This document shows, one piece after another, positions 39,311 to 52,259 of a DNA stretch of 64,000 bases. The translations under genes were made by a program, and so were the position numbers. The stretch is from positions 45,330,694-45,394,693 of the forward strand of contig NC_068984.1 of NCBI RefSeq assembly GCF_001194135.2, in the 5' to 3' direction. The DNA is from Octopus bimaculoides. Taxonomy: Eukaryota. The first letter of the stretch is position 1, and each line of letters starts with the position of its first letter. Under the pieces are notes generated by a model. That model had not been told where the DNA came from, searched no databases, and saw only the letters and a program-made list of their open reading frames with translations.

Positions 39311-39446
39311 TAATAGCTTGGCTTCAACAATTCATAGTAGACCAACATTACTGACCAACTGAACATAGCATCCTTTTAAAACAATTTATTCAAACAAGAG
39401 TAAGTTCATTTAGCAGTATTTTTGGTATTTATAAAACCAGATACTG

Positions 39447-39690
39447 CTAGTTCCCCTTATTCTGTATAGAACATTGGGCAGCAACAAAAGATCTCCATTC
39501 TCTACAGTTTTCTCCATGTGATTTGACATCGTCCCAGCTCATCTCTTCTGCATCTAGAAGATTCAGAACTGTCCTCTTACATTTTATTGATGATCGTCTA
39601 CGTTTCCTTTTTCCACCTTCTAGCTTCCAGTCGAGGGAGAGCTTTGGGGGTCTTATTGATGGCATTCTAAAAACGTTCAAGAAATCCCAG
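39447..39690 (-). mobile_element. RTE-clade LINE 3' end remnant
   Basis: Translation RMPSIRPPKLSLDWKLEGGKRKRRR...LDAEEMSWDDVK...REWRSFVAAQC resembles the RTE ORF C-terminus (W.PEGKR.RGRP...W...A.DR..WR..V.A.C). Confidence 0.7.
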
Positions 39691-39713
39691 ATTGGCGCAT
39701 CGTGGATTTCTGC

Positions 39714-39990
39714 TATACACTAATTCTATACAGACTTCGGAATGGTTAACTAGATACTGATGCTTTTTAACACTTGGGCACCACTTTAAGCAGATTTAAG
39801 TGCATTTTCCCCACTTGAATACTTTAAAAATTTAAGTTTATTTTCAGACGGTGGCAAACAGCGATGTTATATTAAAATAAACATTATTTAATCAACGAAA
39901 GCAAAGAGAAAATTTAAAATACAATCTCGTAGAGATTGCTTATAATCTCATCTGTAAACTTTGTCTCTAAATCTATAAAATAAGAAACAC
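39714..39990 (+). repeat. About 280-bp dispersed direct repeat, copy 2
   Basis: See 36841-37120; lies between two RTE fragments. Confidence 0.8.
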
Positions 39991-40029
39991 GTTAAAATTT
40001 GTTAGTTAGTCAGTTAGTTAGTTCCATAT

Positions 40030-40350
40030 AATTCATGTGGAGTACTGGAGCAGAAGCGAAAGATCTCCATCTTCTGTGGTTTTCTGTAAGTCATTTGGTA
40101 TTCTCCCAGCTCAACTCCTCTGCATCTAGAAGATTCAGAATTGTCTTCTTCCATGTAATTAACGATCAACTACGTTTCCCTTTTCCACCTTATGGCTTCC
40201 AATCGAGGGAGAGCTTTGGGGGTCTTGCTGATGGCATTCTAAAAACATGTCCAAGAATTTCTCAAACAACGATCTTTCATTGTGATGCACACTTGATTTC
40301 TGCTTTGTTCTCCCATAGACGTCTTCATTGGTTATTCTGCCTTGCCAAGA
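40030..40350 (-). mobile_element. Second RTE-clade LINE 3' end remnant
   Basis: Colinear nucleotide similarity to 39447-39690 (ctcccagctc...tgcatctagaagattcagaa...tcgagggagagctttgggggtctt). Confidence 0.65.
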
Positions 40351-40616
40351 CTTATGATAAAAGATATTATTAATCAGGAATGCGAAGTTGACAGGGATAG
40401 ATTATCTCACTAAATGCATTACAGAAGTGTCTCTCAAGGCTGGGCGTAATAGTGTTTTGGTGGGGCGTGGGATATTGCAGAATGGGGCGTAATTAAGTAA
40501 TAAGTGAATAAAATTTGCAGTAAACTTTTAATTAGAATTTCTTTTGAATATGTTTATGATATACTTTGTTCATTGAAAGTGGGGCGTAACATCTCTGTAT
40601 CATTATTATTATTATT

Positions 40617-41086
40617 AAGGCGGCGAGCTGGCAGAATCGTTAGCACGCCGGTCGAAGTGCTTAGCGGTATTTCGCTTTTCACTACGTTCTGAGTTCAAAT
40701 TCCGCCGTTTGACTTTGCATTTCATCCTTTCGGGATCGATTAATCAAGTAAAAAGGATTATTATTATTATTTGATTTTCAACCTTTCGGGGTCGATAAAA
40801 TAAGCACCACTTGAACTCTGTAATCGATTTATCCCCACCCCGAACTTGCTGGCCTCAGGGCAAAATTTAAAATCATTATCATCATTATTATCATTTAGCA
40901 CGCTGGGCAAAATGCTTACTAGCATTTCGTTCGTCTTTACGTTCTGAGTTCAAATTCTGCCGGAGTAGTTTTTGCCTTTCTTCCTTTCAAGGTCGATAAA
41001 ATACATACCAGTTGAGCACCGGGGTCGATGTAATCCACTTGCCCCCTCTCCCCCAAATTCCAGGCCTTGTGCTTATAACAGAAAAG

Positions 41087-41120
<34 letters not shown>
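40617..41120 (+). mobile_element. Stack of SINE family A copies separated by (ATT)n tails
   Basis: aaggcggcgagctggcagaatcgttagc head at 40617. Further partial copies at about 40770-40870 and 40895-41120 end in (TAT)n. Confidence 0.8.
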
Positions 41121-41121
<1 letters not shown>

Positions 41122-41849
41122 GAAAAGGATACATTTATTCTTTATATTTAATTTTAGTCATTTATTAAAAAGTAATTTCCTTCTTAACAGCTATAGCATC
41201 GTTCATCGCGCGAAACCTTTTGTTAACAGTGATGCCAAATAATCAGAAAACCGTCAAACCTGTCTGTTGATTATAATCCGGAGACTATAGCATCAATACC
41301 AACGAGAGTGCCTCAATACTGTTACTCGACCTATTAGAAATAACAGCCAAATATTCATCATGCCACTATCTTTAATGGTCACGACTGGTAGACCTTTGGT
41401 CATACCTCTGCCTTGGACCAAAACAAGATAGCATCAATTTCAATTACGCACCAAAAAAAGCAATGCATTAATGTAGCTACTGACCAATTTGACAAATTTC
41501 TTTTTCTCTCTGAAAGAGCTGGAGGAAAGAAAATAAATGCATTTCATCCAATTACCTCATAGTGATTATTATTGAATCTCTGTGGGTTTACCTTTCTACT
41601 GAAAAACTAAATAAATCTAAACAAGGATATCGTTTGCAAGACATGCATTTCCTTTCTCACGAGATATTGGTATCCAGCGTGAAAAATGTCGTCCCTTATG
41701 TTCCGTAGATGTCATTTTTACTGTACTTTCACTTGGTATACCAGATGTGCTAAGTACTTGTGATCAAGGGGCCAAATTTTAACTTACTTATTTTTCTTTT
41801 AGACATATCCATCGCATCGATACAGAAAATTTTAAAAAGCATGACGTGC

Positions 41850-42140
41850 TTGTGGTTCCAGTCACCAGCTTTTTTAATATGATGAAGTCCTTTCTGTTCT
41901 GAGTAGGAAAAGCGGTGGAGGCTTCTGTTAACGATGTGTCATTCGTAGCCAAGAAAAAAGCATTCTCGGCAGTTTGATGCCGTCAGGACAAATGAGTTTG
42001 TCCAGAATTTCCAGGACATCACCAACGATAACTTTAGCGGGTTGATGTGGATCGTCGCCGAGCAAATCGAGGTGGTGAGGTCTACAATCAAATATGTGAT
42101 GCATGAAGACATCAAATACAAGTCATATGTAATGAGGTGG
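41850..42140 (+). mobile_element. Tc1/mariner-superfamily transposase N-terminal fragment (maT-like)
   Basis: RTNEFVQNFQDIT...IVAEQIEVVRSTIKYVMHEDIKYKSYVMR resembles the HTH2 region 'TIRRIVHEDIRYKSYVMR'. Truncated at the SINE B insertion. Confidence 0.6.
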
Positions 42141-42144
42141 AAGT

Positions 42145-42520
42145 GGAGGCGCATGGCCCAGTGGTTAGGGCAGCGGACTCGCGGTCATAGGATCGCGGTT
42201 TCGATTCCCAGACCGGGCGTTGTGAGTGTTTATTGAGCTAAAACACCTAAAGTTCCACAAAGCTCCGGCAGGGGATGGTGGCGAACCCTACTGTACTCTT
42301 CCACCTCAGCTTTCTTTTACTTCCTGTTTCTGTTGTGTCTGTAATTCAAAGGGTCAGCCTTGTCACACTGTGTCACGCTGAATATCCCCGAGAACTACGT
42401 TAAGGGTACACGTGTCTGTGGAGTGCTCAGCCACTTGCACGTTAATCTCACGAGCAACCTGTTCCGTTGATCGTATCAACTGGAACCCTCGACGTCGTAT
42501 TCGACGGAGTGCCAACAACA
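42145..42520 (+). mobile_element. tRNA-derived SINE family B, full length
   Basis: A box TGGCCCAGTGG, B box GGTTTCGATTCC, about 375-bp body and (CAA)n tail. Highly similar to the reverse copy at 48014-48377. Confidence 0.85.
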
Positions 42521-42524
42521 AAAA

Positions 42525-42830
42525 AAGTGGGTTGGCAGAATCGTTTGAACATCAGACAAAATGCGTTGTGGCATTGAGTTACGATTTTTTAAAATTCTGA
42601 TTTCAAATCCCGATGAGATCAGCTTTGTTTGTTATCCTTCCAGGGCCGATAAAATAAAGTATTTGGTTCCTTCTCAAAATCATTGACCACGTGACTATAT
42701 CAGAAATCATCACTTATGTGGTAGCAGAAATAACATTATTACTGGCAATACACTTTACGTTATAAGTTCAAATGCCGCCGGGCGCAAATTCTGTAATCGA
42801 TAAAATAATAACCATTCATGTAGTATGGAA
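42525..42830 (+). mobile_element. Two degenerate SINE family A fragments
   Basis: ttggcagaatcg...ttctgatttcaaatccc...gataaaataaagta and a second ttataagttcaaatgccgcc...atcgataaaat. Confidence 0.5.
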
Positions 42831-43292
42831 TGACTGTTATTAATCTTATTGAAATATGTAACATTGTATCAATGTGATAAAATTTATGTAAGGTGTGTCC
42901 CGGCATGGTCATATCCAAACAAGGAGGAAACTAGATTCAGATTTTATTTGTTTCTACGCTGCTTCGTCAGACGGGATATAAAATCTAGGGAATAACAACT
43001 CATTAGCATAAAAAACAATAGTTAATTGTTCATGTAAGTAAAACAAGGAACTTTTTTTTTTAAATAAAATGCTAGCTAGGAATTATTATGCAATGAGTAA
43101 AAAAATCATATTTGTCATAATATTATGAGATCATATAAGAGCATTAAAGTATCCTAGAGTTGTCTTTTATACTTTCTGAAATTATTAAAATACTGTTAGT
43201 CATTGAATTATTTTTTCTCGATGTTTAATTATTTCTGCTGAATATTGAATGCGTTAAGTATGAGAATTAACTATTATGGCCTGACTTTCCTC

Positions 43293-43565
43293 GGTTGCGC
43301 CGACGAGGGTTCCAATTGATTCGATCAACGGAACAGCCTGCTCGTGAAATTAACGAGCAAGTGGCTGAGTACTCCACAGATAGGCGTACCTCCAATGTAG
43401 TCCTCAGGGAAATTCAGCGTGACACAGAGTGTGACAAAGCTGGCTCTTTTGATTTACAGGTACAACTTATTTTTTGCCAGCTGAGTGGAATGCAGGAACA
43501 AGAAATCGAACTCATGACCTCACTATCGTGAACCAAATCACGCAGCCATTAAGTCACTGTGCGCC
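43293..43565 (-). mobile_element. SINE family B-related copy, older
   Basis: Shares the 3' domain gatcaacggaacagcctgctcgtgaaattaacg...caagtggctgag...ctccacaga with 42145 and 48014. Confidence 0.7.
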
Positions 43566-43966
43566 GTCATTTAACTATTATAAAATATATGCAACAGCTA
43601 GTTATTCGTTGCTATTACAGCAATTGTTTGATATGTGATGTCGTGATGTTCCGATTAGCAGAAGTTATTTCAAAGTAAAACAATTTACTCAACCACAGAA
43701 ATTATAAACGAATTTCCGAGAAAGACAATATGGTGAAAAGTCCTCCCACTTCGCATAAATTTACAACTGCGCAAGGGTTGCACAGAAAACTCTCACCCCC
43801 AAGTAAAACTCAGTGTAAGAATTAAATATAGCAAAGCACGCTAACACAATCAGTCGTCAATTTTAAAATGCCGCTGCTGCTTGGAGCACCGTTTAGTTTC
43901 TGCCATATTTTCGGTGTGTACTAAGCAATTTGAGCGCCTGCCAGTTACAGGATACAAATCGCCAAA

Positions 43967-44640
<674 letters not shown>

Positions 44641-45229
44641 TCGTCATTATTATTTTTATTTTTATTTGCTGTTGTTTAGCTCCAGGTTACACATGAGAGA
44701 TCAGACCTATGGTCAAAGTCATTGAAGCGCAGCCGTCTATTTTTTTCTTGTTTTTACAAATACAGTTGATCTAAAACTATATTACAAGTCGTTTCCAATT
44801 TTTAAGATAATATAGTTGGGCTGAGGAAAATTTGGCTGCTCTTACATTGGGGGTAGCTCGTCATCTATACTGTGTATGTGGCGTGAAATTTTGGAAGAGA
44901 GAGTCTCGGGGAACGGTTTGCCAAATATATTCATAATATAATTAATAAACTTATTTATAGTGTTTATTTAAGTAACAGTTGCATTTCAATAGTTCAACAA
45001 CAATAATACTTGTATTGAGTATCGTAATAATACATCCTTAGAATTGTTCCTGCAACAGTTTCAATGGCTATTATGTATCCTTTGCTTTGTTAATACATAT
45101 GGTGGTGGCATGAACATCATATTATTCCTTTTTTACTTCTGATGAAATATAGGATAGGTTATGTTTAAATAAAAAAAGTTACGAAGATATTATTGTTATA
45201 CAATGCTAAGTAGTATGGCTGACATATTC

Positions 45230-45345
45230 AATTGGTTGAATTGTTAGAACGTCCGGCAAAGGTTTTGTAGTAATTGCGCCAGCTCTTTAAACGTTCTGAG
45301 TTCAAATCTTGCTGAAATCAATTTTGCCTTACCCCACTCCGGCGT
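45230..45345 (+). mobile_element. SINE family A fragment
   Basis: ttgttagaacgtccggcaaa...acgttctgagttcaaatc...ttttgcctt. Confidence 0.5.
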
Positions 45346-45570
45346 CAATTTCATATATCTCCTCCCTGGTGGTCAACTTTGTCTTACTTCCCTTCGACGG
45401 CCTCTAAATAAAGTTAAACGTATCATTATTCTCTTTCGTACATCTCTCTCATAATCGGCTCGACTGTGCTCGATTGTGCTTTAATAGCTGGGGATGTGTA
45501 CACTCTCCCTTTTCTCCAAGAAATGCTAGAGACCGAGCCAGAATCTGGCAAACTCTTCCATAAAGAGCTA

Positions 45571-45631
45571 CTCTATGATCTATAGAACATGGACGGAGCA
45601 TGCTCTATGATCTATAGAACATGGACGGAGC
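45571..45631. repeat. Tandem duplication, 32-bp period
   Basis: CTCTATGATCTATAGAACATGGACGGAGC is identical at 45571-45599 and 45603-45631. Confidence 0.9.
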
Positions 45632-47332
45632 TGCTACATGGTATGGAATTTCGTAAAATAAACTTGTAGGAGAAATATGAAGTTACCTGTACGTTTGTTT
45701 GCATGAGTATGGACGCGAAGTTGGAGGCTCACACAGCTACTCAGTACTAATGGTGTCACGTATAAGAAAACTCACGTGGTCAGCTACCTCCACCCCCATG
45801 AAGACATCGAGTGGCAGGTTGCCTCATTTGCAATTCATTAGGAATGGTCAATGTTATAACAATGACTTCCTTATGCTCATTATTATTCTAATATCAATGT
45901 CGTTGATCTTCGAAAATTGCTTCCCGACATCTAGGATTTTCAGGCGGTGGGATGTTGATTTAGATCGTTCGAAATATATATATATATAAAAAAAAAAAGT
46001 CAGGCTCCATATTTAAAATGCCACGGAAATACTTGATTACGGCGGCACTACAGTTCCGTTGATCTAATTTCGTACCACTTCTAATTTTAAGATTAGTGGC
46101 ATCTCGAAAATATAGCTTCTAAATAAGCTTTGCTTTCTATAGACTCTACATAAAGGACTGAGTTATCTTTCTTCGGTTTACTTCCTTCCGTATATATATA
46201 TCTATATATATATATATAGATATATAGATATATAGATATATAGATAGATAGATAGATAGATATACATACACGTACACACACACGTACGCGCGTGCGCACA
46301 CACGTGTATGTATGTATGTATGCATGCATTTAGTGCATTTATGTATGTACATACATGCATACACACACATATATATATGCATGTATATGTAGGTATGTAT
46401 GTATGTATGTATGTATGTCGCACATTGAGTGGTAAGTGCTCGTGAAAACATCACTCAGACTGCCTCTTATGGTCCAGTTTATGAAAATATTTTCATATTC
46501 ACTGTATTGAACCTTTAATAATTGATCAATTCTTACAAAAATGTTCTTTCATGAAGGAACCTATTATTATATCTATATTCTCGCCTCTATCAACTACTTG
46601 CCTTATAACAGTACCAGTTGCCAAAAGTAGATACGTTTGAGCATTTATTTTGGGAAAATGTCACGTTGTATTTGGTCCTGATTTATTGCATTCTCATTTC
46701 AAACTCCACCGAGGTGAACTTTGCTTTTCACCTTCCGAATTCAACAAAATAAAACACCACTAGAGATTTTTGGATCCATTTAATTCCTCTAAAGTTAAGA
46801 CCTTGTATTTCTTGAATATCAATATCTAAATAAGGATAGATGGAGACGAACACTGAAGAATAAAAACCAAAATACGTGAAGCAAAAAGAGAGAGGGACTC
46901 TATGTAATAACTCAACCTGCAACAAATAGCGCCCATATCTCCCTCGAATCCCACTTCACCGACTTAAAAAGGGGAGAAGATATGCATAACCAGGATATTG
47001 TGTACCGGATATATTATGCCTTAAACAAATGTCCTTCAACATAGGCGTGTTTGATCCCGGATGTCATGAAGCTAAACAACGAATGGATGCACTAAATTTT
47101 GGCGATGATGTGTAAGCTATTTAGAGACAAGTTTCATGTTATAATTGGTGTCGTAATTTGAAAACAGTTCTAGTTGTTTTTTTAAAGCTGCCCTTGTTTA
47201 AGGCAAGTAACTTGAACTGAAATCGTGTGTTAAAACTGCAATTAATTCTACATTCATTGCCTTGGTGTTGATGACAATAACTGCTTCTAACATAGACACA
47301 AAGACAGAGTTCTGAATGGAAAGGAACAGACA

Positions 47333-47505
47333 ATCATATCGAACCCAGTACTTGATTGGTACTTTGTTTTATCAATCCTGGAAGGTTGAAAGACAAAAAC
47401 TATCCCCGGGATGGGGTGGGGGCAGTTAAAATCAAAACGTAAAAGATTTGGGGTTAAATGCAACCAGGCGTTTTGCTAATGCTCTAACGCTTCTGCTACT
47501 CCGCC
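47333..47505 (-). mobile_element. SINE family A, degenerate
   Basis: cccagtacttgattggtact...ttttatcaatcc...gctctaacgcttctgctactccgcc is the reverse of the family A head and core. Confidence 0.55.
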
Positions 47506-48013
47506 AAGGTAGTGATAACAATCGGTAGGGTCTCCGTTGCTCGGGGTTGACCATGCACCTGCACAAGTATGTGAAGGCCAAGGCAATTCTTTTCTTTTGT
47601 GGGGTATGAGTGGGTGGGGAAACTGGTAGTTTCTCATGCATGTAAATCCCCCCTTTTCCTGCAATCAATGTTTATTCAAGAGAAAGGCCACCAACTTGAA
47701 TTAATACGGCCTTGCACCAGTGTCATCGCCGGTGATGGTTTCAAATCATAAAAAGCCGGTTGAGACATCTTGATCGATTCCCTAACAGTTTCTATAACCC
47801 AGCATCCAGGATTGGTCCTTTTCTTTTTTTAAGGACCGGAAATGATGTAAGGCAAAGTTGGTCTCGACAGCATTTAGAGCACGTGACCAGAAATTTGTGG
47901 GATGGGAGAAATTGTCAATTATATCGATCCCAAGACTTGATCTCTACTTCATTTTATCGATCACGGATAGACAGAAAGCAAAGTTGACCTGGATGGGATT
48001 TAAACTCAGAGCA

Positions 48014-48377
48014 CTCCGTCGCTTACGACGTCGAGTGTTCCAGTTGATCCGATCAACGGAACAGCCTGCTCGTGAAATTAACGTGCAAGTGGCTGAGCAC
48101 TCCACAGACACGTGTACCCTTAACATAGTTCTCGGGGATATTCAGCGTGACACAGCTGACCCTTTGAATTACAGGCACAACAGAAACAGGAAGTAAGAGT
48201 GAGAGAAAGTTGTAGTGGAAGAGTACAGCAGGGTTCGCCACCATCCGCTGCCGGAGCCTCGTGGAGCTTTAGGTGTTTTCGTTCAATAAACACTCACAAC
48301 GCCTGGTCTGGGAATCGAAACCGCGATCCTATGACTGCGTGTCCGCTGCCCTAACCACTGGGCCATTGCGCCTCCAC
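48014..48377 (-). mobile_element. SINE family B, full length, nested in an older family A copy
   Basis: Reverse of the 42145 element. 12-bp TSD AAACTCAGAGCA at 48002-48013 and 48378-48389. The flanks (about 47930-48013 and 48390-48420) are family A sequence. Confidence 0.88.
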
Positions 48378-48460
48378 AAACTCAGAGCATAAAGAGCCGA
48401 AACAAATACCTCGAAGTATTATGTTCGACACTCAAGCGATTCTGCTTCTTTAGTGCCCTT

Positions 48461-48600
48461 AATAATTTCTAATTTTAGGCACAAAGCTACTAGATATTGA
48501 TTTTACTGACCGCAGTATTTGACTGGTACTCTATTTTAGCGACCCCAGAATAATGAAAGTAAAATTGATCTCGGCAGGATCTGAACACAGAATGTAATAC
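48461..48600 (-). mobile_element. SINE family A 3' part
   Basis: ggcacaaag...ctggtact...gcgaccccag...ctcggcaggatctgaacacagaa. Confidence 0.55.
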
Positions 48601-49038
48601 GACACCGATTGTGCTATCTAATGCGCTTATTTAATTACAATTATAATGATTGCTTTTTGGCGATAACTAATGTCAGCACCGAGCTGGAATTATGAGGGGG
48701 GAGTAGTATAATTGATTAAACAGCCTTGACTTTAATGGTATGTAACCAACTTAGCTTAAGGCAGTTTTGTCCGGCATCGACTTATTCTGCAATCGGTCAA
48801 TTTCGCTAAAAAAAAATAGAGTTCTAAAAGATTTCATTCCTATTCTAAACAATGAACCAAGTCATGTAAACTTAGTCAATTTCTTCATTTCTAAGTATTT
48901 TTCAGCTTCTGGATTCCTTGCAATCAAATCTACTACATGCATACAAGCATGCACACATACATACATAAGTCCTTACGTATATGCCTATATACTTATATAT
49001 ATATATATGCTCATATGACTATGTGTATGTGTGAGTGC

Positions 49039-49080
<42 letters not shown>

Positions 49081-49083
<3 letters not shown>

Positions 49084-49199
49084 ACTTGTTTCAGTCATTT
49101 GACTGCGGCCATGCTGGAGCACAGCTTTTAGTCGAGCAAATCGACCCCAAAACTTATTCTTTGTAAGCCTAGTACTTATGGAGACGTAAACACACCAGC
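49081..49199 (-). mobile_element. SINE family D 3' part, runs into a gap
   Basis: ttgtttcagtcatttgactgcggccatgctggagcac...tcgacccc...tagtactta. A plus-strand 3' remnant of the same family lies at about 2156-2205. Confidence 0.6.
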
Positions 49200-50233
49200 N
49201 NNNNNNNNNNNNNNNNNNNNNNNNNNNNNNNNNNNNNNNNNNNNNNNNNNNNNNNNNNNNNNNNNNNNNNNNNNNNNNNNNNNNNNNNNNNNNNNNNNNN
49301 NNNNNNNNNNNNNNNNNNNNNNNNNNNNNNNNNNNNNNNNNNNNNNNNNNNNNNNNNNNNNNNNNNNNNNNNNNNNNNNNNNNNNNNNNNNNNNNNNNNN
49401 NNNNNNNNNNNNNNNNNNNNNNNNNNNNNNNNNNNNNNNNNNNNNNNNNNNNNNNNNNNNNNNNNNNNNNNNNNNNNNNNNNNNNNNNNNNNNNNNNNNN
49501 NNNNNNNNNNNNNNNNNNNNNNNNNNNNNNNNNNNNNNNNNNNNNNNNNNNNNNNNNNNNNNNNNNNNNNNNNNNNNNNNNNNNNNNNNNNNNNNNNNNN
49601 NNNNNNNNNNNNNNNNNNNNNNNNNNNNNNNNNNNNNNNNNNNNNNNNNNNNNNNNNNNNNNNNNNNNNNNNNNNNNNNNNNNNNNNNNNNNNNNNNNNN
49701 NNNNNNNNNNNNNNNNNNNNNNNNNNNNNNNNNNNNNNNNNNNNNNNNNNNNNNNNNNNNNNNNNNNNNNNNNNNNNNNNNNNNNNNNNNNNNNNNNNNN
49801 NNNNNNNNNNNNNNNNNNNNNNNNNNNNNNNNNNNNNNNNNNNNNNNNNNNNNNNNNNNNNNNNNNNNNNNNNNNNNNNNNNNNNNNNNNNNNNNNNNNN
49901 NNNNNNNNNNNNNNNNNNNNNNNNNNNNNNNNNNNNNNNNNNNNNNNNNNNNNNNNNNNNNNNNNNNNNNNNNNNNNNNNNNNNNNNNNNNNNNNNNNNN
50001 NNNNNNNNNNNNNNNNNNNNNNNNNNNNNNNNNNNNNNNNNNNNNNNNNNNNNNNNNNNNNNNNNNNNNNNNNNNNNNNNNNNNNNNNNNNNNNNNNNNN
50101 NNNNNNNNNNNNNNNNNATAAGAAAAAAAAAATCTATCAAATATGTGTATGCTTATATATATACGTGAGTGTATGTGTGTGTATACGTGTACGGGTGCGC
50201 AGGTGCGCGCGTGCTGTCTCACTGCACGCACGC

Positions 50234-50294
<61 letters not shown>

Positions 50295-50419
50295 CGTGTT
50301 TATATCTTTTATTTAAACGCCATCCTCTCTTTCTTCATGTTTGCGCCGTCAAACTGCTTGGGTTACATAAAGCACTGACGTGCTTTTAAGCACAGACGCC
50401 ACCATCGTCTTGTATATAA

Positions 50420-50471
<52 letters not shown>

Positions 50472-52259
50472 GTATATATATATGTATATATATATGTATA
50501 TATATAATTTTTACCCTATATATATATTAATCTTTACCAGTGGCCAGCGTGAGTAAAAAGGTCTGTAGACCGCAAATATTATTATATGTGGATATACACA
50601 CATATAGTATAATATTTTTATACACACATATACACACACACACGCATGCACATATGTATGTATGTATGCATGTATGTTTGCATGTATGTATGCATGTATG
50701 TTTGCATGTATGTATGCATGTATGTATGTAAAAGCTAACTGTTTCGTCCGTTGGAATTCATACAGGATTGACTTGATTGCATAGCGGTCTATTTTGGGGA
50801 TTTGCAGATTATATATATTTAGGAGTGTTCCGTTATGCGTATAAACGAGGTTTTTGTCAATTGCGGACAAACATGTTCTTTCTTTTTTCTTTTCTTTTTT
50901 TTTTCTTCTTTTTCATTTCGTTTAGATATTTTTATTTTGGGGCGGAGTAAAATACGACGAAACGGAGGTATAAAAACTTGTATTCATGTAAATATAGGAT
51001 GATGTAATGCATGGGGATGCAGTGCAAAGAATTATTGGAAGCAGCAGACTCTCTCTACTTCTCTCTTCCTCTTAATTATTCTACTTTTTTTTTTCTTCTA
51101 TCCCCTTCTCTCATTTCCTATATAGGTGTGTGTGTGTGTGCGTGTGTGTGCGTGTGTGTGTGTGTGTGGTGAGAGTGAGAGAGAGAGAGAAAGACACGGA
51201 GGGAGGAGAATGAAAGCTTCACCAAGTTGATTTGCCCTAGATATGTTTATCTTGAGCACCTCATCACGATATGCATGTGTGTACGTGCGTATGCGCGTGC
51301 GCGCGTGAGAGAGGGGGAGGGGGAAGAGGGNNNNNNNNNNNNNNNNNNNNNNNNNNNNNNNNNNNNNNNNNNNNNNNNNNNNNNNNNNNNNNNNNNNNNN
51401 NNNNNNNNNNNNNNNNNNNNNNNNNNNNNNNNNNNNNNNNNNNNNNNNNNNNNNNNNNNNNNNNNNNNNNNNNNNNNNNNNNNNNNNNNNNNNNNNNNNN
51501 NNNNNNNNNNNNNNNNNNNNNNNNNNNNNNNNNNNNNNNNNNNNNNNNNNNNNNNNNNNNNNNNNNNNNNNNNNNNNNNNNNNNNNNNNNNNNNNNNNNN
51601 NNNNNNNNNNNNNNNNNNNNNNNNNNNNNNNNNNNNNNNNNNNNNNNNNNNNNNNNNNNNNNNNNNNNNNNNNNNNNNNNNNNNNNNNNNNNNNNNNNNN
51701 NNNNNNNNNNNNNNNNNNNNNNNNNNNNNNNNNNNNNNNNNNNNNNNNNNNNNNNNNNNNNNNNNNNNNNNNNNNNNNNNNNNNNNNNNNNNNNNNNNNN
51801 NNNNNNNNNNNNNNNNNNNNNNNNNNNNNNNNNNNNNNNNNNNNNNNNNNNNNNNNNNNNNNNNNNNNNNNNNNNNNNNNNNNNNNNNNNNNNNNNNNNN
51901 NNNNNNNNNNNNNNNNNNNNNNNNNNNNNNNNNNNNNNNNNNNNNNNNNNNNNNNNNNNNNNNNNNNNNNNNNNNNNNNNNNNNNNNNNNNNNNNNNNNN
52001 NNNNNNNNNNNNNNNNNNNNNNNNNNNNNNNNNNNNNNNNNNNNNNNNNNNNNNNNNNNNNNNNNNNNNNNNNNNNNNNNNNNNNNNNNNNNNNNNNNNN
52101 NNNNNNNNNNNNNNNNNNNNNNNNNNNNNNNNNNNNNNNNNNNNNNNNNNNNNNNNNNNNNNNNNNNNNNNNNNNNNNNNNNNNNNNNNNNNNNNNNNNN
52201 NNNNNNNNNNNNNNNNNNNNNNNNNNNNNNNTGTGAAATTTTTACACCGCAAAAATAGT

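Noticed and set aside
42145-42220. tRNA-like sequence (also in reverse at about 48300-48375)
   Set aside because: It has A and B boxes but continues into a SINE body with no proper acceptor stem or terminator; it is a SINE head, not a tRNA gene.
45590-45631. TGGACGGAG matching the 5' end of miR-184
   Set aside because: The match stops after 9 nt, there is no hairpin precursor, and it is part of a 32-bp tandem duplication.
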